From positions 288,001 through 352,000 of the forward strand of contig CBDATS010000008.1 of assembly GCA_965200245.1 (NCBI GenBank): a DNA stretch of 64,000 nucleotides, written 5' to 3'. The position numbers and the translations under genes are program-made. The notes below the pieces were generated by a model, which had not been told where the DNA came from, did no database searches, and worked only from the letters and a program-made list of their open reading frames with translations. Shown here piece by piece: positions 58,954 through 64,000 of the stretch (position 1 is its first letter; each line of letters opens with the position of its first letter). The DNA comes from a bacterium. GTDB lineage: Bacteria; UBA8248.

Positions 58954-59985
58954 CTAATTGCCTTCTTCGAGCACCTCGGCTACTTCCACGGGCTCACCGC
59001 GCTCCCATGAGCGCATCGCCGCCCACACCGCGCCGAGAACGTGGAGTCCCTCGGCTCCGCCCACTTCGGGCAGGCGGCCTTCGCGGACGGCGCCTTCGAA
59101 ATCCCTGAATTCTTCGATCAAATAATCCTGTCTGGGGTATTCCTCGTAGGGAATCTCTTCACGCTTCTCCCCGTCTTTGCGAAGGATTTTGATGCCCTCC
59201 CACCTGTCGTGGTAGAGGTTCGCCTCATCCCCGTAGGCGTTCATGAAGTAGGTGTAGCGTCCGTTTGGCGTGCGAGGGCTGATGAAACTCGTCCCAAGCG
59301 TGCCGAGCAGGCCGGATTCGAATTCGAACCACACGACGCTCACATCGGGGATTTCCGATTTCGTCTTCACCTTGCTGAACGCCGCCGACGCTCGCTTTAT
59401 CGGCCCGTAGAGATAGAGGAGGTTGTCCACCTGGTGGATGGCCACCTGAAGCAGCGGGCCGCCGGGAGAGCCTTCCCTGTACCATTGCCAGTTGTCCGGC
59501 GTGTAGTGAAGCCCCCGGTCGTTCGAATAGTTGGTCTCGGCCATCGCGAGGGTGCCGATGGTTCCCTCATCGAGTAGTTGCTTGAACAGGCGATGGCCCC
59601 GGAGCCACCTCGAACTTGCGCCCACCGCCAAGGTGACGCCTGCGTCCTCGCAGGTGCGGATCATCTTCCTGGCGTCCGGCAGGGTGGCGGCTATCGGCTT
59701 GTCCACGAACACGTGTTTCCCTTGCTCGGCCGCCGCCATGGCGAGCTCGGCATGCTTGTTGTTGGGTGCTGCGATGACTACGGCATCTACCTCGGGGTGT
59801 CGCACCACCGCCTCGTAGCTCTCCTCCTCGCCGCAAGAAAATTTTTCGCGGAACGCCTTTCTTTTTTCGGGCGTTCTGGTGAAGCAGGTGGTGATTTTCA
59901 TCCCGGGCGTTCTTTCGATGTAGGACGCCAGGGTGTTGCCCCAGCGGCCTAGCCCGACAACGGCTACCCTCAACGGATCGCTCAT
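58954..59985 (-). CDS. Gfo/Idh/MocA family oxidoreductase
   Basis: VVGLGRWG, PN..H, GKHVFVDKP, GGPL...IH..D. Confidence 0.92.
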   Translation of the reverse strand: MSDPLRVAVVGLGRWGNTLASYIERTPGMKITTCFTRTPEKRKAFREKFSCGEEESYEAVVRHPEVDAVVIAAPNNKHAELAMAAAEQGKHVFVDKPIAATLPDARKMIRTCEDAGVTLAVGASSRWLRGHRLFKQLLDEGTIGTLAMAETNYSNDRGLHYTPDNWQWYREGSPGGPLLQVAIHQVDNLLYLYGPIKRASAAFSKVKTKSEIPDVSVVWFEFESGLLGTLGTSFISPRTPNGRYTYFMNAYGDEANLYHDRWEGIKILRKDGEKREEIPYEEYPRQDYLIEEFRDFEGAVREGRLPEVGGAEGLHVLGAVWAAMRSWERGEPVEVAEVLEEGN

Positions 59986-60014
59986 CTTGTTTCTCTCCTC
60001 ATCACGCAACGAAC

Positions 60015-60920
60015 TCACAACGATTTCAAACGCGGATCCAGCACGTTTCTCAGCCAGTCGCCCACCAGGTTTGCTCCCAGAACCGTTACTGTAATCGCCA
60101 AACCGGGCAGGGTGACGACCCACCAGGAGGTGTAAAGGTGCACCTTGCCGTCACTGAGCAGACCGCCCCATGTGGGCGTGGGCGGCGGCACGCCCAGTCC
60201 CAGGAAGCTCAGGCCCGCCTCGATGATTATCATCCGTCCCAGATAGAGGGAGGCGATGATGATGACGGGTGCCAGGACGTTCGGAAGAATGTGGCGGACG
60301 ATGATGCGGAAATGACTTCCGCCGATGCTCCGCGCTGCCTGGACGAACTCCTGCTCGCGCAACGTGAGCACTTCGCCGCGTACGACACGGGCGTAGATGA
60401 CCCAGATGCGCATTGACATCACGAATATGAGTACGACGAGGCTCGGCCCCACGATGGCGATGGTCGCCAGTGCCAGCAGGATGAACGGAAACGAGAGTAC
60501 CAGATCAACGAGCCGCATGAGCAGGAAATCCACTTTTCCGCCGAAATAGCCCGCCACCAGTCCCACGCAAAGCCCGAAGCATCCGGTGAGCAAGACGGCG
60601 AAAAAGCCCACCAGCAGCGATATGCGCGCGCCGTAGATGAGTCTACTCAGGAAATCCCGTCCCAGGTGGTCCGTGCCGAGCAGGTAAATTTGCTGACCGT
60701 CCGACCACATGGGCGGTTTCAGGTTTCTGTCCAGCATTTGTGCCTGGGGGTCCATGGGCGCGAGCAGCGGCGCGAAGACGGCCATGATCACCACCGACAG
60801 GAGGATCACGAAGCCCAGGAGCGCTGATTTATCTTTCCACAGAGATGTCCATACTTTCGGGCGCTTGGGGAGCGTTTCGAGCTCCATGGATTCCTGAATG
60901 GCGAGTGTTTGTTCTCTCAT
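60015..60920 (-). CDS. Peptide/nickel ABC permease (DppC/OppC family)
   Basis: LGTDHLGRD, GARISL, EFVQAARSIG, HILPN, LSFLGLG. Confidence 0.93.
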   Translation of the reverse strand: MREQTLAIQESMELETLPKRPKVWTSLWKDKSALLGFVILLSVVIMAVFAPLLAPMDPQAQMLDRNLKPPMWSDGQQIYLLGTDHLGRDFLSRLIYGARISLLVGFFAVLLTGCFGLCVGLVAGYFGGKVDFLLMRLVDLVLSFPFILLALATIAIVGPSLVVLIFVMSMRIWVIYARVVRGEVLTLREQEFVQAARSIGGSHFRIIVRHILPNVLAPVIIIASLYLGRMIIIEAGLSFLGLGVPPPTPTWGGLLSDGKVHLYTSWWVVTLPGLAITVTVLGANLVGDWLRNVLDPRLKSL

Positions 60921-61834
60921 TCGTAGGTAATCCTCGGGTCGAGATAGGCGTAGACCAGATCCACGGTCAGATTGATCAGCACGAACCCTGACGCCAGAAG
61001 AAAGACAGCGGCCTGGACGATCGGGAAATCACGGTTCGCGATTGAATCGACCACCAGCCGTCCGACCCCCGGCCACGCGAAAACCACCTCGATGATCACC
61101 GTGCCGCCAAGGAGAATACCCAGATCCAGCCCCATGACGGTCACGATCGGAATCGAGGAATTTTTCAGGGTATGCACCATGAGCACGATTTTTTCGCTCA
61201 TCCCCTTCGCCCGCGCCGTCATGATGTAGTCCTGGCGCAATACCTCCAGCATCTGGGAGCGCATGAGCCTTGCGAGCCGGGCGAGGTGATACGTGGAGGC
61301 GGCGAAAGCCGGCATGATGAAATGCTCCCACCCCCCGCGACCGAAAGACGGCAGAAGCCCCAGTGTCACCGAGAAGAACATGATGAACATGATCGCCAGC
61401 CAGAAATCGGGGACCGCCTGCATCAGCACGGTGATACCCACGCAGCCTTTGTCGTAGGATGAGCCTTCCTTGAATGCCGCCAGACACCCGAAGGGAATAC
61501 CGATGAGCACGGCAAAGACGAAGGCCCCCACTGCCATCTCTATCGTCGCCGGGAAGTGTTCCAGGACAAGTCCCATGGCTGATTCACCGTGTTCGGTGGA
61601 TTCGCCGAAATTCCCCTGCAGGGCGTTTTGGAAAAAACGCCCGTACTGCACGTAGAGCGGCTGGTCGAACCCCATGAGTTTTCGCAGGTGCTCGATGTCT
61701 TCCTGGGTCGCATCGGTATCGAGCATCACGAGAACAGGGTCGCCCGTCATGTGGAGCAGGAGAAACACGATAATCATGACGCACTTGAGGAGGACTATTG
61801 CCTGGAGCAAGCGCTTTACAACGTATCCGGCCAT
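60917..61834 (-). CDS. Peptide/nickel ABC permease (DppB/OppB family)
   Basis: GDP, G.DQPLYVQY, DYI.TARAKG, EVVFAWPGVG, DPRI. Confidence 0.93.
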   Translation of the reverse strand: MAGYVVKRLLQAIVLLKCVMIIVFLLLHMTGDPVLVMLDTDATQEDIEHLRKLMGFDQPLYVQYGRFFQNALQGNFGESTEHGESAMGLVLEHFPATIEMAVGAFVFAVLIGIPFGCLAAFKEGSSYDKGCVGITVLMQAVPDFWLAIMFIMFFSVTLGLLPSFGRGGWEHFIMPAFAASTYHLARLARLMRSQMLEVLRQDYIMTARAKGMSEKIVLMVHTLKNSSIPIVTVMGLDLGILLGGTVIIEVVFAWPGVGRLVVDSIANRDFPIVQAAVFLLASGFVLINLTVDLVYAYLDPRITYE

Positions 61835-61950
61835 AAGAACCACCCTGCGGCAAGGAAATCCGGTTTTTGAATTTCGAGGACGATGTCTGCCTCTCCGCCA
61901 CTGGGCTGCGTCAGATGCGAATCACCCGACTGTGGGCGTTTCGCGCACTT

Positions 61951-61989
61951 CTCCGGCCAGGGCGGGTTTGCGCCTGCGCCTGGCCGGAG
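61951..61989 (-). terminator. Intra-operon hairpin after binding-protein gene
   Basis: CTCCGGCCAGG...CCTGGCCGGAG. Confidence 0.55.
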
Positions 61990-62015
61990 CTTCGCCTCGA
62001 ACCAGGGAAATGGAT

Positions 62016-63530
62016 CTACTTCAAGCCGACCTCGGCGGCTATCAGCTTCCCGTCGGCGCGCGGTTTCCAGTTTATCTTCTTGTTCGCGCCGAAGATACGG
62101 AAGGTCTGATACAGCGGAATGATCGGCACCTTCTTGTGTCGCAGCACGCTTGCGATGTTCTGGTATTTCTTCTCCCGTGCCTTGTCGTCCAGTGTTGAGC
62201 GCGCATCATTGATCATCGCGTCAACGGCCTTGTCGCGGAACCCGCCGTAGGCCGAGCGGCTGCTGATGGCGCCTGCGAACATGTGCTCGGCGCTGAAGGC
62301 CGTGTTCATGCGCGCAAGATAGTAGAGGAACGGTTTCACGTTCTTCTTATACTTGCTGAAGATCACCTTCTTCATCGCGCCCCATTCCATCACGCGGACG
62401 TTCGCCTTGAGGCCGACCTTTGCCCACTGGCCCGCGATGCCCTCGAGTGCCTCCTTGCCCATCATGAAACGTCCGCGGGGGATGTACACGTCGAAGGAGA
62501 ATCCTTTCGGGAATCCGGCCTCGGCGAGCAACTTCTTCGCCTTTGCGGGATCGTAGGGATAGGGCTTGAGTTCGGGGTTGTAGCCGAAACTCGCGGGACC
62601 CTGGATGATCGCCACCGACTTGGCGAAGCCCATCATCACGTTTTTGGTGATGGCCTCGCGGTTGATGGCGAGGTTCATGGCCCGGCGCACCCGCACATCC
62701 ATCCAGGGTGCCCCCTCCTTGATGACCATCAGGATGTAGTTGGTGCGTGGCGACTGCTTGGCGATGACGTCCGTCTTGCCACTCGCGCGGACGCGTTCGC
62801 TCAGGGCCGGAGGCAGATTGTCGATCACGTCCACATCGCCCGAGATAAGCGCGGAGACGCGCGTGGTGGACTCGGGAATGAATTTCACCACCGCCGTCTT
62901 CACCCTGGGCTTTCTCCAGGCGTTGGGGTTCGCCTCGTAGACGACCTCTTGGCCCTTGCGCCATCTCTTCATCACGAAGGGCCCGCTTCCCACCGGGTTG
63001 CGGGAGAGGTGTTTCTTGTCGTGTTTCTTGTAGTAGTTGGGTGGCACGATGAAGCCGTAGATTGCCAGAAACGGCGGGAGCATGGGGTCGGGTTTTTTCG
63101 TGTGAATCCGGACCGTGTGTTCATCGACCACTTCCAGCTTCGCCATGCTCTTGAAGTAGCGGTATTGTCTCGATTTCATCTTGGGGTCGAGAATCCGCTC
63201 GAAACTGAATTTCACGGCCTCTGCGTTCACAGGGTCTCCGTTGCTGAACTTCACGCCCTTCCTGATCTTGAACTCCCACACCTTGGGGCTCACCATCTTG
63301 TAGCTTTCGGCGAGCTGGTTCGTCATGGAGCCGTCGGGAGCGCGCGCGAGCAGCGTCTCGAAGACGTTGGGATGGTGCATCGAAATCGGCAGGGAAGAGA
63401 AGGTGTGCGGATCGAACGTCGTCAGCGCACCGGCCATCCCCAGCACCACCTTCCCCTTAGGCGCCGCCTTTACTCCCGCGGAGAGCAGCAACAGCGATAG
63501 TACGACCATCCAGAGCCAAAGCCTCTTCAT
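62016..63530 (-). CDS. Peptide/nickel ABC substrate-binding protein (family 5)
   Basis: Signal peptide, LAES, RKGVKFS.G, PVGSGPF, D.RVRRAM..AINR, YDP.KAKKLLAEAG. Confidence 0.94.
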   Translation of the reverse strand: MKRLWLWMVVLSLLLLSAGVKAAPKGKVVLGMAGALTTFDPHTFSSLPISMHHPNVFETLLARAPDGSMTNQLAESYKMVSPKVWEFKIRKGVKFSNGDPVNAEAVKFSFERILDPKMKSRQYRYFKSMAKLEVVDEHTVRIHTKKPDPMLPPFLAIYGFIVPPNYYKKHDKKHLSRNPVGSGPFVMKRWRKGQEVVYEANPNAWRKPRVKTAVVKFIPESTTRVSALISGDVDVIDNLPPALSERVRASGKTDVIAKQSPRTNYILMVIKEGAPWMDVRVRRAMNLAINREAITKNVMMGFAKSVAIIQGPASFGYNPELKPYPYDPAKAKKLLAEAGFPKGFSFDVYIPRGRFMMGKEALEGIAGQWAKVGLKANVRVMEWGAMKKVIFSKYKKNVKPFLYYLARMNTAFSAEHMFAGAISSRSAYGGFRDKAVDAMINDARSTLDDKAREKKYQNIASVLRHKKVPIIPLYQTFRIFGANKKINWKPRADGKLIAAEVGLK

Positions 63531-63566
63531 CTCGTGTCCTCCTTTAGATAAGAATCAAACAAGCCG

Positions 63567-64000
63567 TCAGAGACAAACCAGTTCATCCGTACTCGTGTTC
63601 AGTGGTTCATGGCCATCTTCGGTGACCAGATAGGTTTCGCCCCAGAAAATCTGGCGATTGGATCCCAGGTTGAACATGGGGTGTGTCGTCACCACCATGC
63701 CGGGCTGCAACTCTCCCTCGGAGATCGGTGTGATCATGTAATCGGTAAGATCCAGGCCCGTAAGATGCACGAGGCCATAGGGCCACACCTCGTAGCCATG
63801 CTTTTCGAATACGTCGTTCATCGCCGTGACCATGCCGACCATCGGCTCTCCCGGCTTCATGTGCTCCAAGGAAGCGTCACGCGCCTCGCGCACCACCTGA
63901 TGGGAATCGACCAGCCATTTTTCCGCATCGCCCAGCGCCAGAACCCGCACGATCTGGTTCCAGTAACCTCGAACGCGCGGGGAGATTTCCAGCAGCACAG
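63567..64000 (-). CDS. M24-fold protein, partial (5' end outside window), non-canonical metal ligands
   Basis: EISP..GYW.Q..R, H..GLD, L.PGMV.T.HP, GET.LVTE.G.E.L. Confidence 0.8.
   Translation of the reverse strand, partial: VLLEISPRVRGYWNQIVRVLALGDAEKWLVDSHQVVREARDASLEHMKPGEPMVGMVTAMNDVFEKHGYEVWPYGLVHLTGLDLTDYMITPISEGELQPGMVVTTHPMFNLGSNRQIFWGETYLVTEDGHEPLNTSTDELVCL

Noticed and set aside
61890-61900. 11-bp match to the tRNA-Ser 3' end (CCTCTCCGCCA) as an island attachment site
   Set aside because: Short GC-rich match lying between dppA and dppB of one operon; no integrase in the window.

Overview
GC-rich bacterial chromosomal segment with no integrase, transposase, prophage or CRISPR array. 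It opens in the 3' part of an rRNA operon (partial 23S, 5S, terminator). Most of the rest is solute-uptake and catabolic genes: ribose-type ABC, TctABC, Liv-type ABC, Dpp-type ABC, a hydantoinase/oxoprolinase pair, cupins, dehydrogenases, M24 peptidases and malQ, plus hflKC, tadA and tRNA-Ser(CGA). Five items stand out. (1) A compact proteusin-type RiPP locus: two NHLP-leader precursors (cores TQAYANFINAWNSLS and TQAFANSVNAWNM...) followed by one ~365-aa enzyme of unknown function, possibly an aromatic prenyltransferase fold. (2) Two tandem AhpC/TSA-like proteins missed by the ORF track because in-frame TGA codons sit exactly at the redox motif (UxxC and a rare UxxU), i.e. probable selenoproteins. 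(3) A partner-switching signalling module next to an NCS2 nucleobase permease fused to a degenerate anti-sigma-kinase-like domain. (4) An orphan regulatory region with four NrdR-like boxes and a near-consensus promoter between convergent genes. (5) At least five recently broken genes, three in the ribose/nucleoside pathway, suggesting ongoing genome erosion. All family calls come from motif recognition by eye; no database search was run.
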